Below, piece by piece: positions 14,482 through 26,044 of a stretch of DNA of 64,000 bases. The stretch comes from Tetramitus jugosus (lineage: Eukaryota > Protista > Heterolobosea), in contig OW569366.1 in assembly GCA_937625935.1 (NCBI GenBank), forward strand, positions 248,001-312,000. Reading direction: 5' to 3'. The translations under genes were made by a program, and so were the position numbers. Numbering within the stretch: position 1 is the first letter of the stretch; every line of letters begins with the position of its first letter. Under the pieces are notes generated by a model. The model saw nothing but the letters and a program-made list of their open reading frames with translations. It made no database searches and was not told where the DNA came from.

Positions 14482-15084
14482 CTATTTACATAAGGTAGGG
14501 AGAGATGGAAGATGAATTCTGAGCTTTGATCTCATTCTTCTCCTCTTCTGAATGGAGGATGAGTGGCGCAGATTGAGGGAAGCACCGGATTCTGTCAGAG
14601 AGCTATACGGGATTGGACAACAACTTAGAGGTAAAAGGGATTCAGAATTTTCTTCACCTTTTCCCACAGACTGAATCGAAGTGTTATTCTTTGAAGAGGA
14701 AAACTTTTGGTTTCTGGGTAAGATCTGGTCTGACTTTTGGGACGGTCCACCAAACAGTGATCCTCTCACACTCGCCATGCTTGATAAATTAGGACAATTC
14801 ATAAACCTTCCACCTGTAAAATAATTGGTGAGATTCTCTCGATGGCTAAACTCTGTGAAATTGTAAGCTTGCTTCCGAAATTGCTGTTTCTTCCTATGTT
14901 TATTAGTGGGAGCTTCGAGCTCGGGAGGTAGGTAGCCTATGGGAGAGAGTTGAGACTCTGACCTCGAGGGGCTAGTCTCAGATTCATTACAATCTCCTAA
15001 TCTGGGATTTGCAGAGACTGATAACTCTTCAATTCTTCTAGACAGTGTTGAGATCTCACTGCAAGAACAATCGATATAAAGCAT
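14482..15084 (-). CDS. Ser-rich hypothetical protein; probably a 3' exon of a multi-exon gene extending toward ~15950
   Basis: 200-codon ORF; GTATGC..TAG intron-like segment at ~15086-15118 just upstream; no recognisable domain. Confidence 0.3.
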   Translation of the reverse strand: MLYIDCSCSEISTLSRRIEELSVSANPRLGDCNESETSPSRSESQLSPIGYLPPELEAPTNKHRKKQQFRKQAYNFTEFSHRENLTNYFTGGRFMNCPNLSSMASVRGSLFGGPSQKSDQILPRNQKFSSSKNNTSIQSVGKGEENSESLLPLSCCPIPYSSLTESGASLNLRHSSSIQKRRRMRSKLRIHLPSLPTLCK

Positions 15085-16077
15085 CCTACTTGGTTTTTTG
15101 TTACTACTGCGAGCATACCTTCAATTCGCCAGTGAGTTGTTAAGATAACCTACCTGCGGAAGATCCGAGTCAAGTATTTTCAGTTTTCCTGCTGATAGAA
15201 TGATCTCTAATTAGCGGACTCTCTTTATGGGAATTCCTACCGTAGGTTGTTTTGGCGCCAAGAACAAACACGACGAAAAATGGTAGCTCTTGGCATATTG
15301 ATCAAGGTATCTTCTATATGTACTGTTGTTCAATCACTCTCTTTCATCCGAATTAACACATCTGTCATTGTCTATTTCAGATAAGGGTGCTCTTTTTACT
15401 CGTCCTTGTTGATCTACTATGTAATGCGATCTCTCCTACAGTTCAAAAACCAATCTATGTGAATGGAGTATTAATTGGGTAAGTTTTTGTTTATTCCCTT
15501 ATCTTTCCTGTGATCTAACTCCTTCAAAGCTTGCATGTATCAAGTGTGGTCTTACAGGCAAGTGTATTGTACTCAATGATTTCAAGAACTGTCATGTTTC
15601 GAGCAGGGCTTTACACAGGAGTGCTCAAGTATATACTTCCCTCATCGATAGTGGGAGTTCTCCATCTTGCTTTCTTGGTTGCCACTTATTCTCTTCGGTT
15701 TGTAAGTTGTTCTTCACTCTGATTGTTGATGTAGTGTTTATGTAAGTACTACATTTCGTACTCACAATTATTTAGTATGCTATAGCTCGAAAGGGATTTT
15801 CTGCCTTTGCTTGGAATCTACCGTACTATTGGGTTCTCTTTTTCTTTCAACAAACAAGTATGTTCATTTCGTAATGTTCCCTTCAATGAATTCGTGACCA
15901 TTTACTGTTCTTTGACTAGTATCTGTGGTGCATTATGTGAGTATCATGAGGAGCGGGGTCAGACTGTGTGAAGGTCGGCTCTATCTGACTTCAACAAGAT
16001 CACCAACTAAAGAATAACCTTCTCCTATTTTGTCAACTTCCAAAACTGAACCAGAGGAAGTTTATCACAAAAAACAA

Positions 16078-17106
16078 ATGGATCTCCCTCGGTGCGACAA
16101 CCAAGGTAAAATATTGGTCTTGGTGCTACTTTTATCCCTTGTTTCGCTTGTAATTACTACTCGACAATACAATTGCACTTTCTCCATCATTGACAAGGAC
16201 CTTGTGCTTCCCAAGAATGGAGAGTGTCGTGGCCCAATGGACTACGTCTCAGCTAAAAGAAAAGCGATAAAGATCTTAAATGATAATTGTCCCCTAGATA
16301 AAATTCCAATCTCACAGACCAATTCATTCTCTGAGAAAACAATATGTGGTGATTGCGTACCTGGAACTCATGGCAACTATGTATTCTTCAACCAACAGTA
16401 CTCTCTTACAGTGACACGGGACAGCACAACTCTTATGAAGATTGTTGATGGTTACTCGAGGATATCTCAGACTCGATTCACCAGTTCTTGTCCCTTTAAT
16501 CACTACTGCAATTCTGAAGGAAAGTGCAAACATATGAATACCCTTCCAAACTACAATTCTGCATGCAAAGTATCTGTAGCTCCTCTATCGGAAGAATCTC
16601 TAACATGTGGTGGTCTAGGATTAAAGTGTGTTCAAGGAAGATGTAAGATATGTGATGATAACAACTCTGTAGTTCGACCGCTAAGATCGTCCTTGCCCAC
16701 CATTGATCCTACTCAAAGAAGATTTTGGCTTCCTGCATATTGCATTGCAGGTGAATATGTGACCAAGGATGATGTCAGAGCTTTTTGGAATGTGTATCAC
16801 TTAGAGTGTATCTTTTTCCTTGTATTGTTTTGCTGTATTGTTGCCATCCAATGTCTCTTCTCCTTGTTCAAATGTTTGTCCAAGAGAAAAGGATTAGAGA
16901 GATGCTTCCGAATGTTCACTCTGGAACATTGGGAACAACGAGTGGATGACATGATATTCAAACCACTGGACGAAATGGAGCGACAGGAAAGAGCTGAAAA
17001 AAGAAAATTGGAGATTGGACTCGTCAGAAGAAGACGCAATGCCAAGATGGACGGGGAACAAATTGAACTTGAAATGTACTATAACGATCGCTCTGAACAT
17101 TTGTAA
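16078..17106 (+). CDS. Cys-rich type I membrane/surface protein
   Basis: N-terminal hydrophobic signal (ILVLVLLLSLVSLVIT), Cys-rich ectodomain (CGDC, CPFNHYC..C, CGGLGLKCVQGRCKIC), TM segment IFFLVLFCCIVAIQCLFSLF, basic tail. Confidence 0.55.
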   Translation: MDLPRCDNQGKILVLVLLLSLVSLVITTRQYNCTFSIIDKDLVLPKNGECRGPMDYVSAKRKAIKILNDNCPLDKIPISQTNSFSEKTICGDCVPGTHGNYVFFNQQYSLTVTRDSTTLMKIVDGYSRISQTRFTSSCPFNHYCNSEGKCKHMNTLPNYNSACKVSVAPLSEESLTCGGLGLKCVQGRCKICDDNNSVVRPLRSSLPTIDPTQRRFWLPAYCIAGEYVTKDDVRAFWNVYHLECIFFLVLFCCIVAIQCLFSLFKCLSKRKGLERCFRMFTLEHWEQRVDDMIFKPLDEMERQERAEKRKLEIGLVRRRRNAKMDGEQIELEMYYNDRSEHL

Positions 17107-17308
17107 ATCTGTTACCTGCCACTGAACAACATCTCCTCCAGTGGGACATTGGATTCATCAGGGGAAATGTCATTGGAAGGGGAGATCAACTCCGCCACTA
17201 CATAAAACGCCGTTTGCGATAAAAACCCAAAACCCCCAAGAACACAGACAAATCTGTGAAAAGTGATTTTCTTCCCAAACAACAAACAACAACAAACAAA
17301 AGTAAGCA

Positions 17309-20300
17309 ATGTTGCGAGGTAGAAGAAAAAATGTGATTGTTCAACAATCTCCCAACAACAATAACATCACCACAGAACCAGCCCAACCACAACAACAAAA
17401 TTCTCCTACCAAGACAACAATACCCTCCAATGATAGCAACAACAACAACAACACTGCATCTTCATCACCAACAACAACAAGTAGTAGTAGTAATAGTAAC
17501 AATAGGAATAGTAATAGTAGTAAAATGATGAATAATAGTCATCAAATCTTCTTCTCATTTCCATCACACAATGTACACTACAAATTCCTAGTGATTCAAC
17601 ACTCGTTCCTCCTCAAGAAATCCAAGAGAATTCTGTACATGTTGTCTGATCAATTGTACATTCAAGAGATTGTTCATGATTCATTGCCTGTTATTCTTGA
17701 ACATTCTGATCCTACTACTACTACATCTACTACTACTACTACTACTGGTACATCTGACAAGAGCATCATGTATTCTCAAATACAACAAATTCAAGTATCC
17801 AACAACAATAGTCAACAATTTACCATTCATTTCAAACAACCACCATCATCAAAAGTCAGAAAAGAAACGTTTACATTGGTGGATGAGAAACAGTTGGATG
17901 CATTCTTGTCTCTATTGTATCGATTTCAATCATTTGATTTCTATCAAGTGAAACCAATCATGATGGATGCATCATTGTCCATGCCTTATCACTCTTTTGT
18001 CACTTATCAATACAATAGCAAGAATACTCCCAATACCACTACTCCCACTACTCCCACTACTGTTACCACTACTAATAGTAATAATAAGAAGAGTAGTAGT
18101 AGTAGTAGTAGTGATCATGGTATTACAATCATGAACAATCGATATTTTGTGACCAAATGGAAAAAGTGTGGTGAAAAATCAGATCAAGTCTTGTGCATCC
18201 TAAAATCATGCATATTGTCACTTGATGCCATGAATAGTCAAAATGTGCAATCCATGATTGATGTGATGGCTATTGATCAATTGATTCAAGTATCCTCATC
18301 ACCCAACACTTCTACTACTACTACTACTATGACGAGTAATAATAATAACAATAACAATAATAATGATACTCAACAACAACAACAACAACAACAATATAGT
18401 GCATTGATTATTGTAATGAAGCATGAAACATTGCACTATGCCTATAAACAACACTATTACTATATTACAAATGATGTGCAAGCCATCATTTCATGTATTC
18501 AATTGGCCTATCATCACTCCATGTCTCACTCGACTACTAGTGTCACTACTACTTCTACTGATGCTAATAGTAGTAAGAGTGATAATAATAGTAATAGCAA
18601 TAGTAGAAACAGTAAACGAATGAGTCAACAACAATCCATGGCAATCTCACATGTACTGCCAGTTGTCATCATGGATGAACAACAAGTGACTCATCAGATA
18701 AGAACCATGAATCCATATGCTGCCTACATGAACAGAAATCATTTCCAATCCTTGTTGTCTCTCACTCAAATCAATCACAACAACAACAACAACAACAACA
18801 CTACTAATACTAATACTGTTACTACTACTGCAACTAATACTAATAACAACAATAGAAATAGTAGTAATAATAATGGTAGTAATCACACAGCAGTAGTCAC
18901 ACCAACAACAACAACAACAACAACAATTGCATCATCATCATCATCACCATCAAAGGTATTACCATCTGTACCATCTGTACCATCATCAACATCATCATCA
19001 TCAACAACACCCACTCCTCCACCATTCATGATTTATCACTCTATTCAAAGAATGAAAAGCAATCAACAACAACAGATTGGAGTCAATCGACTCTTGTTCA
19101 TGAATTATGATTATTTGATTGAGACGGATGCAGATGGTAAATTTGTTCACAGTGTCCATTCCATGAAATCAGTTCATTGTCTCGTGAGACACGATGGTGA
19201 CAGTCTTAATGATGATGATCATAATAATGATGGCTCTTCCTCTTCTACTGCAACTACTACTACTCCTGACAATGGTAGTAGTGGCAATGTCTGTTATTTT
19301 TCAATAGAGTTCCGCAATGGAACAAAACACACGTATCGCACCTCTGCTTCCAACAGAGACATTATTCTATTGAATATGATGCAAATGGCCAATTATTACA
19401 AGCACAATAACAATAACAATAACAATAGCATTAACAGTAACAATTCGAATAATAGTCAAACAGTGTTCATCACATCAGAAATGACCATTCATGGATTGAG
19501 AGAGGGAAGTCATCACTCTTATTGCAATAATATTCCATGTGAGGAGTATGGTGAACTGTTGATGAAAAAGTTGAATCAGTTAGACAAGTTTTCATCCATT
19601 AGAGACAAGACACTTGTTCTGAGAGAGTTGGTCATGAGTTATCAATTGATTCAATTACCCATCAAGGACAAGTCGATTCTGAGGCATTTGGTTCGATGGT
19701 ATCAAGCCATGACAAGCGCATCTCACAACATTCGCATTCTTGCTCTCATTCTGAACAGCATTAGTCGAATTTTGCCCTACAAGATTGTTTATGAAGAATT
19801 GTTGCAACAGGGTGCACAATACAAGGGATTCATTGAAAAGTTGATTCAACAGCTCGGAGGTGATCAATATGACTCGACCATCAAGTACTACAGTGCTGTC
19901 ATACTGTTCCAATTGTGTTGCATCAGTGTGCGCAGTTACAAGTTGAATGATCAATCCTATGTCATTCAATTTATCAATCAAGTCTTGTTCAATTCGAACA
20001 GTCTCAAGATGTACTCGGATTGCATCAGCATGGCCACAGCCAACTCCAACGATCACAACGACTCTCAAAAGTATCTCTATATTCTGACGATTGACGTGTT
20101 GTTCAACATGTATCGTCACGTGTACAAACTCAAGGGAGAACTCCATCATGGTAGTAATACTGCCTCATCGCCACCAGCAAACAGCAACGATGGTAGTGAG
20201 AGCAGCGTGGCCATTGAGATTTTGAGCCGCTGTACAGAGAACTTGTTTGAACTGAGACAGGCATTGTATCGTCTGGCAAGGGCGAAACCAATCAGTACAA

Positions 20301-23300
20301 TTCACATTGTACTCGATCTGCTCATTTTACTCAGTGTGCGAGCCAAGAACAGTGAACTTGAAACGATTCAGAACGATGTTTTGAACAATGGACTCATCAT
20401 CTGTCTCATTCATGACTCTCTATTCTCTCCCTTGTCGAGCATCAGGAACAAGAGTATTCAACTGTGTGATTTGCTCATTTCATTCCACTCGGGATGCTAC
20501 GAGCTCATGACACGTATTGTTCCATTTGCTCTGTTGAGAGATTTGAACACTGGCACCACGAGAAAAGAAGTGTCCATCAATGTTACCAAATCATTGTTTG
20601 GAAAGACAAAGTTGAAACAGAATGCAGAATATTTCCTTCAAACTCAGAATTGGCGAAAGGTGCTAGAATCATTGCACAAAGACTATGAGAATGCTGATAT
20701 CATTTGGAATGATGGTACTCGTTTAGATTTGAAAACCAGTTTGCAATATCAGATTGAATCATTAGATTCTGCAAATGATCGCAATGCTTCAAACTGTGTG
20801 TGGAACTTTATCGAGTTTAAGGTTGTGTACTCCTCTTTGAAGAATGAACCAAAAGTGGGTCAGTACTATCTCAGATATATTGCTGCCCAAAAGGGCAAGA
20901 GAATCTCATTGGATGAGCCACTGAATCTGTTACGTGATGTGTACTATCATTTGATGTTAGAAGAACAGGAGGACCTCAAGTTGTTGAGTGCCAAAGCATT
21001 GACCAATATCTATGTGAATGAATTGTTCCCTGACTCCATTCCATTCCCTCATCTGGATCATGTGATTGAGCAAATGACCAGTGGTCGTTACTCAAGAAGT
21101 ATCATTTATGAAATTTTCAATTTGTTGACCAATGCCATTATCGTATGGGAGAATGCCAATGTTATCAATGACAAGTGCATTCCACTTTTGATGAGTTTTG
21201 TGAAGGAGGTTCACACCTTGAAGCCAGCGAATCAATCATCCCAGATGATTGATGAGTGTAATATCCCTGGCAGAATGGCTACTCTTGCTCTCAATATTCT
21301 CTATCAGCTCTCCTTGTTCAGAACGAGAAAGTTACGTGAAGGACAAATCATACGTCCTATTCCATCGACTGTGCGCGTTATAACCGAAGCAGACAACCTT
21401 TCTCATATCATCCAGTTATTGACTCTTGGAATGTACCCCACTGTCTCATCAGATGTCGATACAGTCTCCACACTCAAGAATCGAACAAAACTTATCCAAC
21501 AGGCCATTCCGCTTGTTCATCACTTGTTGATGGTGAATGATATTATTGTGAAGCGAGTTTATGAAACAGGTTTGTTCTACATGCTCTTCTGCTGCATTGA
21601 AGGCGAAGACAATGAAGGAACACAACCGAGCGCTGTTGTCAATAAGCTTGACTCTGATCAGGCTGCTTTGCTAAAGTTGATCCATGTGAGACAAGAATTT
21701 GACCCAGCACAGTTTAATATCAACACAATTTCACCCGATATGGATCAAGAAACAGAAAGCAGCTTCCTGCGCGTGTTACTCCCTCACAGCATCGTCAAAT
21801 ATTTGACCCAAAAGTCTGGTTCTGAATTTGCTAGTCTGTTTGGTAGAGATAACTTGACACCCACAATCATTTGGAACAAAGAAATGAGATTACACTTGCA
21901 AAAGGCTGTTCGTGGACACTTGTCACCATTTGTTGAACAACTGAGTAGCAGCACAGAGCCAATCGTTTACCGTCATGAACCTATTCAGAGAATTGTGTAT
22001 CCACAGATCGAGAACGAATTGTATATCAAGGGTTATTATTTGAGTGGATTGTTAGACCCAAAGTGGAGCGGATACAAGGTCGATAATCCGCTGGAATTGT
22101 TCAACAGTGTTGTTGAACATTTTAATGCGACTGAAATGAACAGTGACCTCGATATTGAGCACTTGGGCATATTGATGAGGACTCAGCTGCTTCTTTTTGA
22201 TCAATGCAAGATGCAAATGGGAATTTCAACATATGCAGGATTGTTCAAGTGCCTTGATATTTTGGCTAGATTCTGCAATGAACAAAATGGAAATAATCAA
22301 TCATCTGTGAGAGTGCCTATCGAACTTGCAGAATCAGTTGTAAGATTCCTGTACTTTAGTGTTCACCCTTCGAGCATTGAAGATATTACAAAGGCCAATG
22401 GTCATGCAATTCTCTGTACTTTGTTGCAAACATCTCACTTGAAGCTCTTGAAACTTCAATCATCAGCTGATGAGACAAAGGAAAGCAGCAAGCACTTGAA
22501 CTACTTCAAGTTGATATTGCAAGGAACATGTGAACTCATTGGCAAGTTATTCCAGTATGGCGAAGTTACAAAGAATTATATTCAAAATGGACTGCACTTT
22601 GATTTATCTCATTTGTTGCTTCATCACATTTGCAACTGCAAGCCAGAAGATACCAGTGTATTCAAGTCTGTAGCTAGATTGCTGTCCTCAACACTTTGTA
22701 CCATCCGACCATTGGCTCAGAAGGTGTGGAGATGTGGTATTCTGTACATTTTGTTGCACTTTATTTGTCAGAGAGAACTGTCATCACCAAACGATGTCGT
22801 TAGATACAAATACAGTCAACAGGTACTACTCAGTCTCTACCACAATGATAGAGACATGGTGTTGCTAGATTTGTCTCTCTTACTGCCTGATCCACTGGTG
22901 AAACGATTCGCGAGAAGCGTACCTCCTAACACAACTGCTCCGTCACCATCTTCCAATGCTCATAATGATCAACTGCGTAATGACTTGTTACGTGATGCAG
23001 AGACACCATACTTGATCTGGAATGAAGCGGCTCGAACCATTCTGATTGATCATATCGAGTCACATTACAATACTCTGTCACCTCAATATCAGCATGCGTC
23101 AGAGATATCAGTGGTGTACAACAAGCTCTCCTATCCAATCTTTGATTGTGAATTGCGAATTGCTAACATTTATGTCAGACTATTTAATAACTTTGTGCAG
23201 ACACACGTGGGAAAGATGAACTCTGCCTCCTATGCAAATGTGATTGAAGAACCAAAGCAATTCCTAACTGGCCTTGTTCAGTACGTTGCTCAGGACTCCC

Positions 23301-25921
23301 CTGCTCAAAATCAAAAGTCAATGGTTGTAGAAGCGATTTATAATCTTCTCAAGTACGCTGAAGCTATCGATGTGAATACTCTGCTCCAAAGAGAGCTCAT
23401 TGAAAATTGCTTGAGCTTGCCAGAAGGACAAACTGCTCTGTTCAAGTCATTGAAAGATTTTTACACAAAAAGATCGGAGACTGAGCCTGTCACCTATGAA
23501 TATTTGTGTAACGTGATTCGAATGTGCTTGACAAATAGTCCTGTGTTCATGCAGAGAACATCATCAACAAAGGTTTTCCATCTGTTGGTGTATGCATTTG
23601 TTTACACTCTGCACTTGTTGCAAAACCATGAGAAGCAACAACATCATCAACAAGAGAACAAGGAGTTCGCAGATCGAATTCTCGCTTGTCTGTTGCGTAT
23701 CATGGGTCCAAGCATCGTTGATATTCACATTTGTGAAGCTGTTTTACAGAGTGGCATACTGTTGTACTTGATATGCATGCTATGTGGTGCTCTGCCATTC
23801 ATTGAGGATGTTCACAAGCAGAGTACGTTGAAAATATTATCCACATTATGTCAAAGAGGCTCGGGTATGTCTTCTGAGAGTCCCCTAGTCATCACACTTC
23901 ACAAGCTTCTGCCCAGCCCTATTGTCAACATGATTGCACAAGGCAAATATGATGCCATTCTGTACTATCAACAAAATCAGGAGAATCCTGACATGATTTG
24001 GAAGGAGTCAATGAGAAGAGAGTTGGTGCAATATCTGAAGACTGAAATGTCAAAATATGAGGCACAGGTGCAAAATCATCAATTGATGGACATTACGCAC
24101 ATTATAGGTTGGTTAGGACCCACTCAATCACTGCAATACTCTGCTGTCGAGTCTGAGTTGCAAGTTGCTGGTATCTATGTTCGATTGTTCAATGAAATTG
24201 CTGGTTTTGGTACCAACAAGTCATCGTCCAACAATCAGTACAAACTGGCTGATCCGCTTGGCTTTTTGTCTCAATTGGTCACTCGATGCATACAGATCAA
24301 TGCTCAAACACTGGATGACAAGCAAAAGAGTCTGTTTACAATATTGAGTGGTATATTCAATGTAATGAACTGGGACAGGTGTCAGTACACCAAGCATGAA
24401 TCCGTGTCTCAACTCATTGCAACCCTGTTCGACATTCTTGAATCACAACAAACAATTGTCGATAACATTATACTCGTACTGCACATTTTCTATCGAATGT
24501 GTGATCCATTCAGAGGCAACCAGACATTTGTTGAAAAATTCTCACAGGACAAGTTTATTGATCGACTGTTTGCTCAAATGCTGCTGATGGAGGACTATAT
24601 GGAAATGTTCCTCTATGTTCTGTTGGCCTATGTCAGAACATCCTCTTCTACCATCAAATACCTCATTGATGGCGACAGAATTCGACTCCTGTTCTCTGTC
24701 ATTTTCAACTCTGACAAGGCTCAGCAGCTCAAGAACAGAACAGCCATGCTATTGATGTCCATCTCAACCGATGAGCGATATGGTCTTGCTGTTGTCAACA
24801 GCGAGCTTTGGAGGCAACAAGAAGAAAAGTGGAATCAGCAGTACGCAAACATTGAATTACCTCCGATCGATGCTCCATTGCCCATGGCAGTGAACAGCCT
24901 GCGCGTCAACAACGAATCGACAGTGCAGAGAAAGCGCATGTCGCTCCCTGATATTCCAAAGTCCAATGTGACAATCAGCATTGTTCGCTCAGATCCATCT
25001 GAACAAGTCACTGTGCCTGTTGTGGCGCCCATTCGTCCACCAACAAACACTACCCCTGCTGCTGATTCTTTGCCACCTCCACCCAAGCCACAACCACAAT
25101 CGCAGCCATCAGTCAACATTGTAACTCTGCCTCCTGCAAATTCGACAAGCAACAACAGAACATTGCCACCGACACCATCAGCTGCTGTTCACAAGACCGA
25201 AAATCAGCCACCAGTTGTGGAAGACAATCAAGTGAACAATGAAAACGTCCCAACAAACAGGGCACTACCACTTCCACCAACACTGTTCGTGAACAACGCT
25301 GTAGACAACCAGGATAGCATCGATGAGACTGCAGCAGAAGCAGTGGATGACCAACCAACTGACAATAACATTGACGACAATGCTGCATCTGATTCTGCTG
25401 ATCAGATGGAAGGTGAGAGTGATGCTGCTCATACTGTTGATGATAACGCCAATGCTAATGATGAAAACGCTGCTATTGCTGACGACAATAACAACCAAGA
25501 ACTGTTGCCAACTGATCCATCAGATGTCGCTTCTGCTTCTTCGAGTGGTACGCCACCTCCGCCCCCACCACCCATATCACTTTCTAACGGTACAACTTCA
25601 CCTCCACCTCCTCCCATGAACATGCCACCACCAAGTCCTGCTTCGATGTCAGCTGCTATACCACCACCGAGCAGCGGTCGCAATGATTTGTTGGCTCAGA
25701 TTCGCAACATGCAGACACTGAAAAAGGTGAGTGACTCGGACAAGAAGTACGCTGATGCACCAATGAGTGTGGGTGGTAGTGGCAGTGGCAACAGTAGCCC
25801 TGCGTCCTCTCCAGTCAACAATCCACTGTTGGCTGCCATCATTGCCAAACAACAAGCGCTACTGGAAGCCAACACCAACAACAGCAACAACAGCAACAAC
25901 AATGACGATGATTTTGAATAA
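17309..25921 (+). CDS. RME-8/DNAJC13-like giant protein (4 IWN repeats, no J domain) with C-terminal proline-rich, WH2 and acidic tail
   Basis: IIWNDGTR, IIWNKEMR, LIWNEAAR and MIWKESMR, each followed by Y..L/F/I/V..E..I/V...Y.; IIRPIPSTVRVITEADNLSHIIQLL matches RME-8 IIRPLP.VKR.LS...CLPHIIQLL; tail PPPPPPP..GRNDLLAQIRNMQTLKKV..NDDDFE. Confidence 0.8.
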   Translation: MLRGRRKNVIVQQSPNNNNITTEPAQPQQQNSPTKTTIPSNDSNNNNNTASSSPTTTSSSSNSNNRNSNSSKMMNNSHQIFFSFPSHNVHYKFLVIQHSFLLKKSKRILYMLSDQLYIQEIVHDSLPVILEHSDPTTTTSTTTTTTGTSDKSIMYSQIQQIQVSNNNSQQFTIHFKQPPSSKVRKETFTLVDEKQLDAFLSLLYRFQSFDFYQVKPIMMDASLSMPYHSFVTYQYNSKNTPNTTTPTTPTTVTTTNSNNKKSSSSSSSDHGITIMNNRYFVTKWKKCGEKSDQVLCILKSCILSLDAMNSQNVQSMIDVMAIDQLIQVSSSPNTSTTTTTMTSNNNNNNNNNDTQQQQQQQQYSALIIVMKHETLHYAYKQHYYYITNDVQAIISCIQLAYHHSMSHSTTSVTTTSTDANSSKSDNNSNSNSRNSKRMSQQQSMAISHVLPVVIMDEQQVTHQIRTMNPYAAYMNRNHFQSLLSLTQINHNNNNNNNTTNTNTVTTTATNTNNNNRNSSNNNGSNHTAVVTPTTTTTTTIASSSSSPSKVLPSVPSVPSSTSSSSTTPTPPPFMIYHSIQRMKSNQQQQIGVNRLLFMNYDYLIETDADGKFVHSVHSMKSVHCLVRHDGDSLNDDDHNNDGSSSSTATTTTPDNGSSGNVCYFSIEFRNGTKHTYRTSASNRDIILLNMMQMANYYKHNNNNNNNSINSNNSNNSQTVFITSEMTIHGLREGSHHSYCNNIPCEEYGELLMKKLNQLDKFSSIRDKTLVLRELVMSYQLIQLPIKDKSILRHLVRWYQAMTSASHNIRILALILNSISRILPYKIVYEELLQQGAQYKGFIEKLIQQLGGDQYDSTIKYYSAVILFQLCCISVRSYKLNDQSYVIQFINQVLFNSNSLKMYSDCISMATANSNDHNDSQKYLYILTIDVLFNMYRHVYKLKGELHHGSNTASSPPANSNDGSESSVAIEILSRCTENLFELRQALYRLARAKPISTIHIVLDLLILLSVRAKNSELETIQNDVLNNGLIICLIHDSLFSPLSSIRNKSIQLCDLLISFHSGCYELMTRIVPFALLRDLNTGTTRKEVSINVTKSLFGKTKLKQNAEYFLQTQNWRKVLESLHKDYENADIIWNDGTRLDLKTSLQYQIESLDSANDRNASNCVWNFIEFKVVYSSLKNEPKVGQYYLRYIAAQKGKRISLDEPLNLLRDVYYHLMLEEQEDLKLLSAKALTNIYVNELFPDSIPFPHLDHVIEQMTSGRYSRSIIYEIFNLLTNAIIVWENANVINDKCIPLLMSFVKEVHTLKPANQSSQMIDECNIPGRMATLALNILYQLSLFRTRKLREGQIIRPIPSTVRVITEADNLSHIIQLLTLGMYPTVSSDVDTVSTLKNRTKLIQQAIPLVHHLLMVNDIIVKRVYETGLFYMLFCCIEGEDNEGTQPSAVVNKLDSDQAALLKLIHVRQEFDPAQFNINTISPDMDQETESSFLRVLLPHSIVKYLTQKSGSEFASLFGRDNLTPTIIWNKEMRLHLQKAVRGHLSPFVEQLSSSTEPIVYRHEPIQRIVYPQIENELYIKGYYLSGLLDPKWSGYKVDNPLELFNSVVEHFNATEMNSDLDIEHLGILMRTQLLLFDQCKMQMGISTYAGLFKCLDILARFCNEQNGNNQSSVRVPIELAESVVRFLYFSVHPSSIEDITKANGHAILCTLLQTSHLKLLKLQSSADETKESSKHLNYFKLILQGTCELIGKLFQYGEVTKNYIQNGLHFDLSHLLLHHICNCKPEDTSVFKSVARLLSSTLCTIRPLAQKVWRCGILYILLHFICQRELSSPNDVVRYKYSQQVLLSLYHNDRDMVLLDLSLLLPDPLVKRFARSVPPNTTAPSPSSNAHNDQLRNDLLRDAETPYLIWNEAARTILIDHIESHYNTLSPQYQHASEISVVYNKLSYPIFDCELRIANIYVRLFNNFVQTHVGKMNSASYANVIEEPKQFLTGLVQYVAQDSPAQNQKSMVVEAIYNLLKYAEAIDVNTLLQRELIENCLSLPEGQTALFKSLKDFYTKRSETEPVTYEYLCNVIRMCLTNSPVFMQRTSSTKVFHLLVYAFVYTLHLLQNHEKQQHHQQENKEFADRILACLLRIMGPSIVDIHICEAVLQSGILLYLICMLCGALPFIEDVHKQSTLKILSTLCQRGSGMSSESPLVITLHKLLPSPIVNMIAQGKYDAILYYQQNQENPDMIWKESMRRELVQYLKTEMSKYEAQVQNHQLMDITHIIGWLGPTQSLQYSAVESELQVAGIYVRLFNEIAGFGTNKSSSNNQYKLADPLGFLSQLVTRCIQINAQTLDDKQKSLFTILSGIFNVMNWDRCQYTKHESVSQLIATLFDILESQQTIVDNIILVLHIFYRMCDPFRGNQTFVEKFSQDKFIDRLFAQMLLMEDYMEMFLYVLLAYVRTSSSTIKYLIDGDRIRLLFSVIFNSDKAQQLKNRTAMLLMSISTDERYGLAVVNSELWRQQEEKWNQQYANIELPPIDAPLPMAVNSLRVNNESTVQRKRMSLPDIPKSNVTISIVRSDPSEQVTVPVVAPIRPPTNTTPAADSLPPPPKPQPQSQPSVNIVTLPPANSTSNNRTLPPTPSAAVHKTENQPPVVEDNQVNNENVPTNRALPLPPTLFVNNAVDNQDSIDETAAEAVDDQPTDNNIDDNAASDSADQMEGESDAAHTVDDNANANDENAAIADDNNNQELLPTDPSDVASASSSGTPPPPPPPISLSNGTTSPPPPPMNMPPPSPASMSAAIPPPSSGRNDLLAQIRNMQTLKKVSDSDKKYADAPMSVGGSGSGNSSPASSPVNNPLLAAIIAKQQALLEANTNNSNNSNNNDDDFE

Positions 25922-26044
25922 AACTAATTATGAAGATAATGTAGTACACATTCATGTTTTTATTGATGATAATGATTCAACAACATGATGAAATGGAATA
26001 GAGAGAGAGAGCGAGATAGAGAGAGACAAAAGGAGACAACTCTT

